A stretch of DNA of 64,000 bases from Longimicrobiales bacterium (GTDB taxonomy: Bacteria > Gemmatimonadota > Gemmatimonadetes > Longimicrobiales > Gaopeijiaceae). Positions within the stretch are counted from its first letter, which is position 1. Each line of letters begins with the position of its first letter. Shown here piece after piece: positions 37,849 to 46,974 of the stretch. Both the position numbers and the translations under genes were made by a program. Under the pieces are notes generated by a model. That model saw only the letters and a list, made by a program, of their open reading frames with translations, made no database searches and was not told the DNA's origin. The stretch is taken from NCBI GenBank assembly GCA_965203235.1, contig CBDBCH010000002.1, positions 94-64,093 on the forward strand. The letters are read 5' to 3'.

Positions 37849-38285
37849 CAGACGCCAGTCTCGACGTAGCCGGTGGCCGCGCCGGAAGCAGCCGCAAGCT
37901 CCACCTCGTACATGATGTGCCCTCGCGCATCAGGGGTGAGCTTCTTCGATACCACGGAGACCTCGAGAGCCTGCGTCACGCCGGTGCGGTGGGTGATCGT
38001 GAAAGTTCGGGGAGGGGTGGCCGCATCCGCCACGGGGCCGAGCCGCTGGTAGTCGCCGGTCGCGCCAGCCTCGAAGAACCCCTTGAGGGTGATCCGAGGG
38101 AATTCCCGGACGCCAACCGAGCCTTCGGAAGCGATCTCGTCGCCGAGAGTGGTTGTGTCCGCCATGATCGCATTGACCTGGATGCCGGAGCATTCCATGA
38201 CGTCGTCGAGCGCGACGGCGGAACCGACGGTGTTGCTCGAGATCGAGTCGATGGAGAATTGGTAGTCGCGGGGGCCGATAGGCAT
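37848..38285 (-). CDS. Putative tail tube-like structural protein (145 aa)
   Basis: The size and beta-rich composition are typical of small tail tube proteins, and it sits in the structural module. Confidence 0.4.
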   Translation of the reverse strand: MPIGPRDYQFSIDSISSNTVGSAVALDDVMECSGIQVNAIMADTTTLGDEIASEGSVGVREFPRITLKGFFEAGATGDYQRLGPVADAATPPRTFTITHRTGVTQALEVSVVSKKLTPDARGHIMYEVELAAASGAATGYVETGV

Positions 38286-38297
38286 GGTGGGTCTCCT

Positions 38298-39068
38298 CTA
38301 CCGCTCTGCTACAGCGGCGAAAATCTTGGCGGACGTGTCGCTTCCCGGAGTGCCGCCCCATTGGTAGTCCAAGTAGAGATAGCGACGGGTTGCGGAAGTG
38401 TTGGCCTCGAATACGAAGCCACCGGTTGCGGAAGGCGTGATTACCAACGGGTTCGAGTGGACGATCCAGTTGCTCGTACCGTTGTTGGAGCCACGCACCT
38501 GAACAGTGAGTTGGGTCGCTCCGTCCCATTCGATGTCCTCAACGGCGAGGACGTAATCGAGAGCCTTGCGACTCTCCTGATCGTAGATGCGAGAATCTGT
38601 GACTGCCGAGGGTTGGGTTGGGTTGGTGTTCCCGACTCGTTGTCCGCCAGCGAGAATCTTCCCATCGATCAACTCCCCGTTGGCGCCTTGTACCCACCGC
38701 ACCCGCATCTTCGAGATTCCCCGGACTTCCGGGGTGATTGACTTCTCGCCGACGAACATCCGGGTGGCGACCTGAATCGGGGAGCCTACGGAGGCGCCTT
38801 CCACGCCGAAGCTCAGCGTCCTGAGCGCGGACTGGTCCCCGAACACCCTGCGCAGCGAGACATCCGCGCTATCCAGGTAGCCGGACTGCTCCATGCCGAA
38901 GCTCCGAAGCCCGATGGGGATTTCGTGCGCCATCCGCCCCGGGGGGCCGATGTAGGCGGACGCCTCGAACTCGCCGGTCTCGCTAGGCAGCATCTCGGTG
39001 AGCGCGCCGGAGCCCGCAAGGTCGTAGCCGTCAGCCCACGCGACGACGTTGGTGCTGGAGAGGGGCAT
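38298..39068 (-). CDS. Putative major structural (tail or decoration) protein (256 aa)
   Basis: Intact ORF in the structural module. No motif recognised. Confidence 0.4.
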   Translation of the reverse strand: MPLSSTNVVAWADGYDLAGSGALTEMLPSETGEFEASAYIGPPGRMAHEIPIGLRSFGMEQSGYLDSADVSLRRVFGDQSALRTLSFGVEGASVGSPIQVATRMFVGEKSITPEVRGISKMRVRWVQGANGELIDGKILAGGQRVGNTNPTQPSAVTDSRIYDQESRKALDYVLAVEDIEWDGATQLTVQVRGSNNGTSNWIVHSNPLVITPSATGGFVFEANTSATRRYLYLDYQWGGTPGSDTSAKIFAAVAER

Positions 39069-39548
39069 CTAGCGTTCCTTCGTGAGGATCATAACAGCCT
39101 CGTACTGCGACCGCCCTTGCGGGTTGATCTCCACGAACTGGGGTTCCTGCTCGCAACGCACATCCGAATACCAAGTGTCGGGCGGGGGTTGCGGCGCATT
39201 GGGGTCGGTAGGGTCAGGACGCGGTCCCTGTGCGAGACTACGCCCGGAAGGTTGCCATGAGTTGGCCATTTTTTCGATGCTTTGAACCGCCGCGAAAACC
39301 GCCTCCCGCGCCTCGCGGGGCATCCCCCGCGCCACCCCCTCGGTCGGAACGACCAGCACCACGACGTGCATATCCGCCTTCGGGACGCCCCCAAGCAAGT
39401 GGAGTGGAGAGCCGCCTCGTGCGGCCACCTCGATAAAGACATCCGACGGAAACTCCCGAAGCTCCGGCCAGCGGGTATCCCATACCTTCCACCGGTCTCC
39501 GTGATCCGCCTTGATCCGCGCCCGAATATCCTGCACGAGTTCGGCCAT
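39069..39548 (-). CDS. Putative neck/tail-completion protein (159 aa)
   Basis: Position is between the connector-like genes and the tail genes. Confidence 0.4.
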   Translation of the reverse strand: MAELVQDIRARIKADHGDRWKVWDTRWPELREFPSDVFIEVAARGGSPLHLLGGVPKADMHVVVLVVPTEGVARGMPREAREAVFAAVQSIEKMANSWQPSGRSLAQGPRPDPTDPNAPQPPPDTWYSDVRCEQEPQFVEINPQGRSQYEAVMILTKER

Positions 39549-39549
39549 G

Positions 39550-39921
39550 TCAGTTCACCCCCACCCGGGTTATGTAGCGAGAGTTGTCCGAGGGGTCCCG
39601 AACCCGCCCCGCAATCGAAACCACCGCGTGTCGCTCCCCAGAGCTTCCCCACTCGAAGTAGTCCGTCAACCCCACCTCCACAGGATCGTAGAAGGTCAGA
39701 GTCCAAACGCTACCCGGTTCGATAGTGTCCGAAGCCGCCCGCGCCGCCTCGTTCCCCACGATCTCCGCCTTCAATTTGCGGGAATCGTAGCTCGTAGGAC
39801 GACCGGTTTCCTCATCCAGTGTAGAGCCGCCGTGGTAATGGACGACATCCTCCAGCAGTTCAAGGTCATCCAGCGTCTCCCGGACAGCCTCCACCGTGTC
39901 GTCGAGCCAGTCGGCAGGCAC
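39550..39921 (-). CDS. Putative head-closure/neck protein (123 aa)
   Basis: VPADWLDDTVEAVRETLDDLELLEDVVHYHGG... The GTG start lies 2 nt after the upstream stop (seen in the mirror at 63846). ORF-track 39550..40260 is trimmed. Confidence 0.45.
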   Translation of the reverse strand: MPADWLDDTVEAVRETLDDLELLEDVVHYHGGSTLDEETGRPTSYDSRKLKAEIVGNEAARAASDTIEPGSVWTLTFYDPVEVGLTDYFEWGSSGERHAVVSIAGRVRDPSDNSRYITRVGVN

Positions 39922-39923
39922 GA

Positions 39924-40436
39924 TCAAACCCTCCGAAGCGGATAGTTCAGGTTGCCGCTTCCCGCCACTGTCCCCCAAGCCTCCGGGAGCATGTCCGTCA
40001 CCGCTTCCGGGATAACCCGGCGAATCGCCCCGCCAGCGAACTGCGAACTGCCCGTCTGACGAATCGCAAAATCCTTCAACGGCAAATCCTTCGTCCGCTC
40101 TTTCCGGTGGAGCGCAAGCCCAAGAAGTGCGGTCATCTGTTGAATCCGGGTAGGAATCTCGGTTGAACTGATGTAGCCGCCATGACCGAAAACCGCAGGC
40201 ATCCACGCCCTCGGCCAAGCGAGCGGTTGCTCCATGTGCGAGGCACGACCGTTCCACCATATCCCCGAACTCAGCACCTCACTCGCAAGACGCAACAGAG
40301 CCTCCTTCCTTGCGAGCGTGGCATCAGCCGAACCTTCGTCAATGGACGCCCAACCAGCCCCATACGGGTGCCCGGCGAGATAGGCGTCTGCCACCGACAC
40401 CACGCAGAGGGTGTCGGTGGCGAGAGTAAGCGCCAT
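39924..40436 (-). CDS. Head-tail connector (gp6-like adaptor) candidate (170 aa)
   Basis: Directly downstream of the major capsid gene. ...ADAYLAGHPYGAGWASIDEG..ATLARKEALLRLASEVL....GRASHMEQPLAWPR resembles the gp6-like adaptor pattern ending in Q-x-L-x-x-PR. Confidence 0.5.
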   Translation of the reverse strand: MALTLATDTLCVVSVADAYLAGHPYGAGWASIDEGSADATLARKEALLRLASEVLSSGIWWNGRASHMEQPLAWPRAWMPAVFGHGGYISSTEIPTRIQQMTALLGLALHRKERTKDLPLKDFAIRQTGSSQFAGGAIRRVIPEAVTDMLPEAWGTVAGSGNLNYPLRRV

Positions 40437-40450
40437 CAGACGCTCCCGTA

Positions 40451-41602
40451 TCAGACCACCGGGGTGGCGATACGGACGATCATCTCCGGGCGGACGACGG
40501 TGAAACCGTAGAGAGCCGAGAGAGTGTACCGAGTACCGCTCTGAATCCGGGTTTCCTCCAGCGTAAGGGAGAACCCGGTTCCGGGGTCAACCAGAGACCG
40601 AATACTCCCGTTGCCCTGCTGCCGGGGAGCGACGGTAGGCCGCATGGCCAAAGCGAAAGCATTGGGGTTCATCGCCCAAGCCGGACGGTGGGTGAACCGC
40701 CGCCCCAGTGCGGTGTTATCGGCCACATTAGCCGCCAGCGGACGGTCAATAGTGATGTTGCCCGCAACCCCGGAGATTCCAGCCTTGACCGCGTAGAGTT
40801 GGCCTCCGAACAGCACGACCTCGCCGGGGTTGATGCCAGACGCGCCCGCAGCATCCACCGGGATCACAGTCGCGCCTGCGGTGACGCCGCCAGCGCGATT
40901 GACCGCGCCCGAGTTCGCTCCCCGCGTGACAGAGGGAATGTTGTTCGAGACAATGAACCGGAATCCGAACGAAGTGCCAAGGTCGCCGGTAGTCTGAATC
41001 TCCGTAGCGGGAACCTGTCCCCGGAAGTCCGCCCGGGTGAAGTCCGACGCACCGAGGAAGTCCTCCTGATCGGTAGGACTGACGAACATGAAGAACTGCC
41101 CCATGTCCGCGTCCCGCGAAGCCAGCAAGCGAAGCGCGGTACGAGTCGCGTTGGTGTTGTTGAAGGCGGTCCCCTGCGCGGTAGTCCCGTGGTTGATCGC
41201 GCCTTCCGCGACATTTTCCGCGACATGCTGGAACATGTCAGCCTCGATCTGGTCAGCCAGAGCCGCCCCGTAGGTCGCCCCAATCGCGGTAAATCCCTCG
41301 CCTCCAACGGAGTAGGAATCCCGATCGTTGACATCCCAATAGACCCGCTTCCAGTGGTCGAGGGTCAGGGTCCGGGTGGTGGTCTGCGGTTCCGCGACGG
41401 CGCCGCCAAGCGAAGTGGCGAGAGTCGGGACATCCCCGACAGTCGGCTTCGTGATGTAGTTGAATTGCAGGGTTTCGCCCTGCGCCGCAGCGTTCAGACG
41501 AGCCGAAAGGTCGCGGTACGCCGCCCGCGCAAAGGTAGCCCGCTTCCGAAGCGCAGCAAGAGCCTGCGCCAAGATGGTGAGCTTAAAATCATTGAGAGCC
41601 AC
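40451..41602 (-). CDS. Major capsid protein (383 aa)
   Basis: Its size, its position after a coiled-coil scaffold-like gene and near the portal gene, and a composition typical of HK97-fold coat proteins support the call. There is an AAGGAGGGAG RBS upstream. Confidence 0.7.
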   Translation of the reverse strand: MALNDFKLTILAQALAALRKRATFARAAYRDLSARLNAAAQGETLQFNYITKPTVGDVPTLATSLGGAVAEPQTTTRTLTLDHWKRVYWDVNDRDSYSVGGEGFTAIGATYGAALADQIEADMFQHVAENVAEGAINHGTTAQGTAFNNTNATRTALRLLASRDADMGQFFMFVSPTDQEDFLGASDFTRADFRGQVPATEIQTTGDLGTSFGFRFIVSNNIPSVTRGANSGAVNRAGGVTAGATVIPVDAAGASGINPGEVVLFGGQLYAVKAGISGVAGNITIDRPLAANVADNTALGRRFTHRPAWAMNPNAFALAMRPTVAPRQQGNGSIRSLVDPGTGFSLTLEETRIQSGTRYTLSALYGFTVVRPEMIVRIATPVV

Positions 41603-41623
41603 GACGCTCCCTCCTTACCGCCC

Positions 41624-42313
41624 TTACTGAACGGTGGTCTGGAGGACGACTTTGCCGGAAGCAATGTCATCCAGGTTCGACAGCACGAAGTCGTCCGAAG
41701 CGTCAACCTCTATCTTCGCGCCATTCTTGCCAAAGGGCACCGCCCTGTCAGTCCCGCCACCGGAGGGACCCCTGAAAAGGTGCTTGGCGTCTCCGAACTT
41801 CGCATCGTTCAGGTACGCGCCTAGCGTTTCGGGAAGCGAACCGCGCCGCACTTGCTCGCCTTGCGGGTCAAGGCGCACCGCGTTGCCTTCCTGCATCGTC
41901 CACCCATCAAGCTGCGCCCGCCGCTCCAAGTCGGGCAGCGCGCCTTCGGTCAGCCCCATCCCGTGAACCGCCTTGCTTAGCGTAGACCGGAAGTCAGCCT
42001 GAATCTGCTTGGTCTCCAGAGCCTTTTTCTCGCTCTCCAGAGCCTCCATTTGCTCCCGGAGCTTGTTGACTTGCTCCGCCAAGGCTGTGTTTTCAGCCGG
42101 GTTCCCGGACCGCTTGGCCTCCGCCATCCGCTTTTCCAACGAGATGTTGTTCTGTCTGAACTCGTCGACCTTGCCGCGCAACTGCTTCACTTCGGGGTTA
42201 TCCCCTTCCGTGTGAAGCAGATACGAGCCATCGTCCTGCTTGACATAATGGTCCCGGAGAGCCTCCGGGAGTTGCGCGTGGGCTTGCTCGTCGAGCGAAA
42301 ACTGAAGTGCCAT
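41624..42313 (-). CDS. Scaffolding protein candidate (229 aa)
   Basis: Central heptad-rich E/K/L/Q segment (VKQLRGKVDEFRQNNISLEKRMAEAK...LREQMEALESEKKALETKQ). Located immediately upstream of the capsid gene. Confidence 0.5.
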   Translation of the reverse strand: MALQFSLDEQAHAQLPEALRDHYVKQDDGSYLLHTEGDNPEVKQLRGKVDEFRQNNISLEKRMAEAKRSGNPAENTALAEQVNKLREQMEALESEKKALETKQIQADFRSTLSKAVHGMGLTEGALPDLERRAQLDGWTMQEGNAVRLDPQGEQVRRGSLPETLGAYLNDAKFGDAKHLFRGPSGGGTDRAVPFGKNGAKIEVDASDDFVLSNLDDIASGKVVLQTTVQ

Positions 42314-42333
42314 ACGCGCACTCTAGCACATAT

Positions 42334-43176
42334 TCAGAACGCAAGTTTTCTCTGTATCGGTCCCGGATCAAAGTTCAACCACAGCACCTCCGTGCGCCGC
42401 GTGTCTTTCCGCTTGCCGTGCTCCCCGAAGCTGGAGCATTGGGCTTGAAGCTCCAGCCGATTCCAGCCAAGATGATTCCACTCCTCGCCGTAGCCGGAAA
42501 TCGCCACCGCGCCGCGTTGCGCTATCAGAGCCTCGGATATGGCTTCCACATCAAGCGTCTGCCCGTTGTCTTTGTATGCCCGACAGTCTGCAGTCCGGTA
42601 GGGAGGATCGCAGTAGACCACGGCGTCCTCGTATTCGGAGACCCGGTTCAGGATGGTCTCCGCCGGTCGGGAATCCAGTTGAACCTTGCGCAGCCGCTGC
42701 GCCAGTCGGAAAACCCGCGAGCCGTCCCGCCAACTGCCCGTGTGGGGGTGGTGCTTGAAGTTCAACCCGAAGCTCGCCGCCCGCGCCGACCCGCCCACCG
42801 CCGCGCCAAGCAGCACCGTCCAAATCGCCGTCGCCCGCTCGACATTCCCGTCCGGTTCCTTTCCCGCCGTCGCCGCCATGGTCCGATGCGCCAACTCATA
42901 GTGCTTGCGCGAGTGCGGCGTAAGTTCAAGGTGCTGCGCCAGCCGCTCCGGGTCATCCCGAACTGCCAACCACCAGTTCACCACATGTCCGTCAAGGTCG
43001 TTGACTATCTCGACGGGGGAAGGTCGCCGTTGGAGCAGCACCCCAAGCATCCCCGAAAACGGTTCGATGTAGCGCGTCCGGTAGGGCAGTAGCTCGGTGA
43101 TCCACCGACCTGTGCCTGACTTGCCGTTCACAGATTTGCCGCCGTAGTAGTAGGGACCGGAGAGGGGTCGCCGCAT
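42334..43176 (-). CDS. DNA N6-adenine methyltransferase (Dam-like, D12 class)
   Basis: N-terminal YYGGK, AdoMet motif IEPFSGMLGV, ...IVNDLD..., and catalytic motif VVYCDPPY. Confidence 0.85.
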   Translation of the reverse strand: MRRPLSGPYYYGGKSVNGKSGTGRWITELLPYRTRYIEPFSGMLGVLLQRRPSPVEIVNDLDGHVVNWWLAVRDDPERLAQHLELTPHSRKHYELAHRTMAATAGKEPDGNVERATAIWTVLLGAAVGGSARAASFGLNFKHHPHTGSWRDGSRVFRLAQRLRKVQLDSRPAETILNRVSEYEDAVVYCDPPYRTADCRAYKDNGQTLDVEAISEALIAQRGAVAISGYGEEWNHLGWNRLELQAQCSSFGEHGKRKDTRRTEVLWLNFDPGPIQRKLAF

Positions 43177-44618
43177 CAGGACTCGTCGTCCTCGCCGTCC
43201 CCTTCCTCGCTTTCTCCGGGTTCGGGAGCCTGCCCCTGCGCAGCCGCAAGCGCGGGAGGCATGGGCGCGGGTTCCTTGATTTCAGGCACGTAGCGTTCCG
43301 CCGGGCGGAGCCACTCGCCGCGAACCAACGCATTGGCAAAGGCTTCCGGCGAGATGAGCCGGTCTTGAACCAGTTGAACCAGCCCGCTGATGTCCGCAGG
43401 CGACAACCGGGTGTCAATCCAGTCGCGGTTCAGGGTGATGCTCGGCTCCTCCCCGGCGTAGCCCATCCACCGCTGGTGGAGCCGAAGCGCATTGCCAACC
43501 ACCCGTTCCACCTCGTCAACTACGCAATGGAGCAGGGTTCGGTCGCCGCTCGCCTTGATTTGCGCAGCGGTGGCGGTCTCGGCGTGGCGCACGGGTTCGG
43601 TGACTACCCGCGCCCCCGCCCCGGCAAGCTGGCGAGCCTTGCGGCCAAGCGCGGTCTCCAGCGCAGCCATACCAGGACCTTGTACTTCAAGGATTCCGGC
43701 GGAACCGGTGGAACCCAAGTACCAGACTTCGGAGCTTCCGATCTTCGCGTTCTTGGGCGGTTGCGGAGCCGAAATCCACGGAGTCGGCAGCGCGACGAAG
43801 TGGAGCGCATGCTCCAAATCGGCGGAAGTTCGGAAGTAGCTCAGCGACAAATCCGCCACATCCAGCATGGTCGGCTTGGGTGGCGAGTAGGGAATCGCCG
43901 TTTCGCTCGGCAAATCCCCGACATGAACCGGGAGGACGTCTAGCGGTTGCCCGGAAGGGAGCCGCAGCGGGAACTCGGCGGCAAGCTGGAACCCAGAGGC
44001 GTCGTCCCGCCATTCCTGCCGCAACGCGCCGAAGCCCGGTTCGCCGATAGACGAATCCGGGGTGTCCCCGAACCGGTAGCGAATCAGGGTAGAGGATTCT
44101 TGAATCTCAGGGATTTCGTCCTCGCTAGCCGGTCGCCAGCCGCGTTCCTCGACGATCGCCTCGGACAGCCCGCCGCCCATTACGGGGGTCGGTCCTCCCC
44201 ACCAGTAGCGCAGGTCAACCGCTTGATGCACGCGCCAGTAAATCCGCTGACCGTAGACATCCTGCAAGAGAATGACCCGCCCGGAGATCAGGATTTCCCG
44301 AATCACCTGTTCGACGATCCGGTTGATCCCGCTCCCGAACAGGTCAAGGTCCTCCATGTCTTTCTCCATGACGGCGGGGACGGAGACTTCGGGCGGATGC
44401 CGCAAGACCACACCGATCAGAGCCTCCACGGTGCGGGAGAACGCGGGGTAGAAGTGCGCCCGCTCCAGGTACGCCCGGTAGTCGGTGCCCTCGGAGAGGG
44501 GGGGCAGGTACTCGATCCCGCGACCGCGCACCGCGTCCACGCCCTCGAAGCAGTCCCGGCACCGCCGCCATTGGTCGCGTCGCTCCGTCCACTGGGGGTG
44601 CACGCTCTGGATCGCCAT
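43176..44618 (-). CDS. Portal protein (480 aa; DUF4055-like N-terminus)
   Basis: MAIQSVHPQWTERRDQWRRCRDCFEGVDAVRGRGIEYLPPL...YRAYLERAHFYPAFSRTVEALIGVV matches the DUF4055 portal-family pattern as I recall it. The ATG at 44618 is preceded by AAGGTGGGA. The 75-codon 5' extension in the ORF track is rejected. Confidence 0.7.
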   Translation of the reverse strand: MAIQSVHPQWTERRDQWRRCRDCFEGVDAVRGRGIEYLPPLSEGTDYRAYLERAHFYPAFSRTVEALIGVVLRHPPEVSVPAVMEKDMEDLDLFGSGINRIVEQVIREILISGRVILLQDVYGQRIYWRVHQAVDLRYWWGGPTPVMGGGLSEAIVEERGWRPASEDEIPEIQESSTLIRYRFGDTPDSSIGEPGFGALRQEWRDDASGFQLAAEFPLRLPSGQPLDVLPVHVGDLPSETAIPYSPPKPTMLDVADLSLSYFRTSADLEHALHFVALPTPWISAPQPPKNAKIGSSEVWYLGSTGSAGILEVQGPGMAALETALGRKARQLAGAGARVVTEPVRHAETATAAQIKASGDRTLLHCVVDEVERVVGNALRLHQRWMGYAGEEPSITLNRDWIDTRLSPADISGLVQLVQDRLISPEAFANALVRGEWLRPAERYVPEIKEPAPMPPALAAAQGQAPEPGESEEGDGEDDES

Positions 44619-44639
44619 GGTGCTGGAGCGTATCCCACC

Positions 44640-44680
44640 TTGATACAGGTAGCAAGGTTCCGGGTAGAATCCCCACCGTG
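44640..44680 (+). promoter_or_regulatory. Candidate promoter giving a leaderless or near-leaderless mRNA for the + strand ATPase gene
   Basis: TTGATA at 44640..44645, 19-nt spacer, TAGAAT at 44665..44670, GTG start at 44678 only 7 nt after the -10. No RBS fits in between. Confidence 0.3.
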
Positions 44681-45934
44681 GGAAAACAGAATGGCGAGTC
44701 CGGGGGAGCTTCCTACCCGCCTTACAAGGAACTGATTGCGCAAGATGTCGCGTTTCTTGGGGTCCGCCAGCTTGCGTGGCGCGCGTTCTGGCTGCGCCAC
44801 TACATCTACGAGCTAGCCCCGAAAGACCAGGACCCCGAAGCACGAGCGGCGCTGGAGGCGACCCGCAAGGAATACCGCCGCCGCCTCCGCCCCCGGATAG
44901 ACGACGAGGACGAACTCGAGGATCGGGAGCGTCGCGCCGCCGATGCCGAAAATGATGCCGCCGCAGCGCGGATTCTCACCGAGCACCGCCCGCATCTGAC
45001 GCTAGTACCCTTCGGACTGCCAGAGCCGCCAGCTGTAATCAAGCCCGCCCACCGCCAGGGAGTTTTCCTCGGTGAGGGGATGGTCGGGATAATGAGCGGT
45101 CCGGGGGAGACCGGGAAATCCACGAGCTTGCTCGCCTTGCTTCACGCCGCCGGGCCCGCCCACTCGAAAGGAATTGACCCCTTCGGGACTGCGATAGGAC
45201 TGAGCGTCCGGCAGGGCCCGGTAGCCCTCCTGAACTACGAGGACCCGCCCCAAATCATCGCCCGCCGCATGGAATGGTACGGACCCCCTTCGGATTGGTC
45301 GCACGTGAACTTGATGAGCGCAAACTGCGGACCGCTATGGGGGCCGGAAGATAACTTCGCCCGGGTCTATTCGGAGACGGAGGACTGGAGCATTCTCTGG
45401 TCGGAAGTGAAAAAGGTAGGTGCGAAGCTCGTGGTCATCGACCCAGCGAGCGTCGCTTTCGCCGGGAATGCGAACGAAGCGGCCGGGGTACGCGCTTTCC
45501 TGGCCGCCCTGACCGGTCAAGCAGTCAAGAACGCGTGCGCCGTCCTCTTGATCGCCCATGATACGAAGTCAAGCCGCAGGGAAGCTGATGTCGCTGGAAC
45601 AGTCTCCGGGTCCGCCCAATGGGTGGATGGCGCCCGCGCCGTCCTGCACCTGCGACCACTGCCGCCAGCGCATGAACACTCCAACCCGGAGCTAGGGGAA
45701 GATCGCTTGCTGGTCATCGCAAAGGCGAACTACGCCCGGTCGGGTATCGGACACGTGCTGGTGCCTCGCACCGGGAGCGATGGTAGATGGGCGGGATTGG
45801 AGGCCGCCAGCCCCGCAAGGGAGTACAGTCGCCATGAGATCGCCGCCCTCGTCAAGGGCGCAGGCAAGCCGAAACAGAAAAAAGCGAAAGCGGAAGAACC
45901 AGAAGAAGCCGAAACAGACGACGTCGACTTCTAA
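44678..45934 (+). CDS. RecA-like (AAA_25/RepA-DnaB C-terminal type) ATPase, paralog 1 (418 aa)
   Basis: Walker A GPGETGKST, Walker B KLVVIDPASVAF, and LLIAHDTKSSR...SGSAQWVDGARAVLHL. It is the only + strand gene here and is divergent from the portal gene. Confidence 0.7.
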   Translation: MGKQNGESGGASYPPYKELIAQDVAFLGVRQLAWRAFWLRHYIYELAPKDQDPEARAALEATRKEYRRRLRPRIDDEDELEDRERRAADAENDAAAARILTEHRPHLTLVPFGLPEPPAVIKPAHRQGVFLGEGMVGIMSGPGETGKSTSLLALLHAAGPAHSKGIDPFGTAIGLSVRQGPVALLNYEDPPQIIARRMEWYGPPSDWSHVNLMSANCGPLWGPEDNFARVYSETEDWSILWSEVKKVGAKLVVIDPASVAFAGNANEAAGVRAFLAALTGQAVKNACAVLLIAHDTKSSRREADVAGTVSGSAQWVDGARAVLHLRPLPPAHEHSNPELGEDRLLVIAKANYARSGIGHVLVPRTGSDGRWAGLEAASPAREYSRHEIAALVKGAGKPKQKKAKAEEPEEAETDDVDF

Positions 45935-46974
45935 ATCTTGATGGTGTCTACAGGCGCGCTGTAGTTCGCCATCGGCACCGAGAGGAAAGCGTTGTTGTCG
46001 TCGTCCCTTTCGATGTGAAGAATCGCCCGGAAGGTCGCATTCCATTGAACTGACCCTGATACGCCGCGGTCGCCGCCCTTGCCGGAATGCGCCACCGCGC
46101 AGAACGCGAGTCCCTTCGTTTTCGCTTCTTCGTTCATGCTCTGGATGAACTGCCGGGCGGGAGACGCAGTTTCGCCAGCGTCGAACGCTGCCGCCAGGGG
46201 GTCGAGCAGGAGAACGCCGCCCTCGGTGATGCCGAGCTTGCGTCTGGCGTCCCGCGCCGCCAGCCCCACCTCATCCCAGAATCTTGCGAACCAAGGACTA
46301 GGACCGGAGCCGGTTCCGGTGTCGCGGGTCTGCCACAGGGGGCGCGCCTTCATCGGGACGAAAAAGAGGGCGTCAGAGCCCGTGAAGCCGAGTTGCGAAG
46401 CTCGCTGGCGCATTCGGAACGGGGAATCCTCGTAGGAAGCGAGAATCCAGGGGGATACCCGGACGGAAATTCCCATGTGGTTGACGCGGGAGCCGGGCTT
46501 GCCGCCGGTCGCCTTGACCGCAAGCTGGAGCGAGAAAGTGCTCTTGCCCGCCTTTGGCAAACCTGTGATAGCAAGTGGTTCCCCGATTGACAGGAGAGAG
46601 CCGGTTCGGTCGTTCGCCAGGCGGATTTCGGGGTCGGGGAACTGAACCTGCGCCGGAAGCAGGGTAGGCGCGAACTCGCCAAGAGCTTGCCGGACTATCC
46701 GAACCCGATCCTCCTCGCCGGTGTCGGTGTGCGCCGCGAGCTCCAGTTGCGCCAGCTTTTCGGCCTCGTCCGCGTAGTCGGTCGTTTGACCGAACACCTT
46801 TCGGGAAAGCCGAATCATGGCCGCGTTGTACTCCCGGCGAGCTTCCGAGGCCTTGCGGGAGCCTTGATCCCGAAGCGAGCGATACTCTCGCATCTTCGAG
46901 CAGGCAAGCTCGGTCAGGTATTGGGTGTCGGGGTCGTCGGGGACGAGGGTCTTGACCGGAAGTTCGTGACTCAT
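45931..46974 (-). CDS. RecA-like (AAA_25/RepA-DnaB C-terminal type) ATPase, paralog 2 (347 aa)
   Basis: Walker A GLPKAGKST, Walker B GVLLLDPLAAAF, and CAVAHSGKGGDRGVSGSVQWNATFRAILHI. Alignable by eye with 44678..45934. Confidence 0.7.
   Translation of the reverse strand: MSHELPVKTLVPDDPDTQYLTELACSKMREYRSLRDQGSRKASEARREYNAAMIRLSRKVFGQTTDYADEAEKLAQLELAAHTDTGEEDRVRIVRQALGEFAPTLLPAQVQFPDPEIRLANDRTGSLLSIGEPLAITGLPKAGKSTFSLQLAVKATGGKPGSRVNHMGISVRVSPWILASYEDSPFRMRQRASQLGFTGSDALFFVPMKARPLWQTRDTGTGSGPSPWFARFWDEVGLAARDARRKLGITEGGVLLLDPLAAAFDAGETASPARQFIQSMNEEAKTKGLAFCAVAHSGKGGDRGVSGSVQWNATFRAILHIERDDDNNAFLSVPMANYSAPVDTIKI

Noticed and set aside
44619-44843. 75-codon N-terminal extension of the portal ORF (ORF track 43176..44843)
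   Set aside because: The extension is low-complexity (MLRGPGLSGLARRCSGAARTRA...) and would run across the divergent gene start and promoter-like region. The internal ATG at 44618 has an AAGGTGGGA upstream and starts the conserved portal N-terminus.
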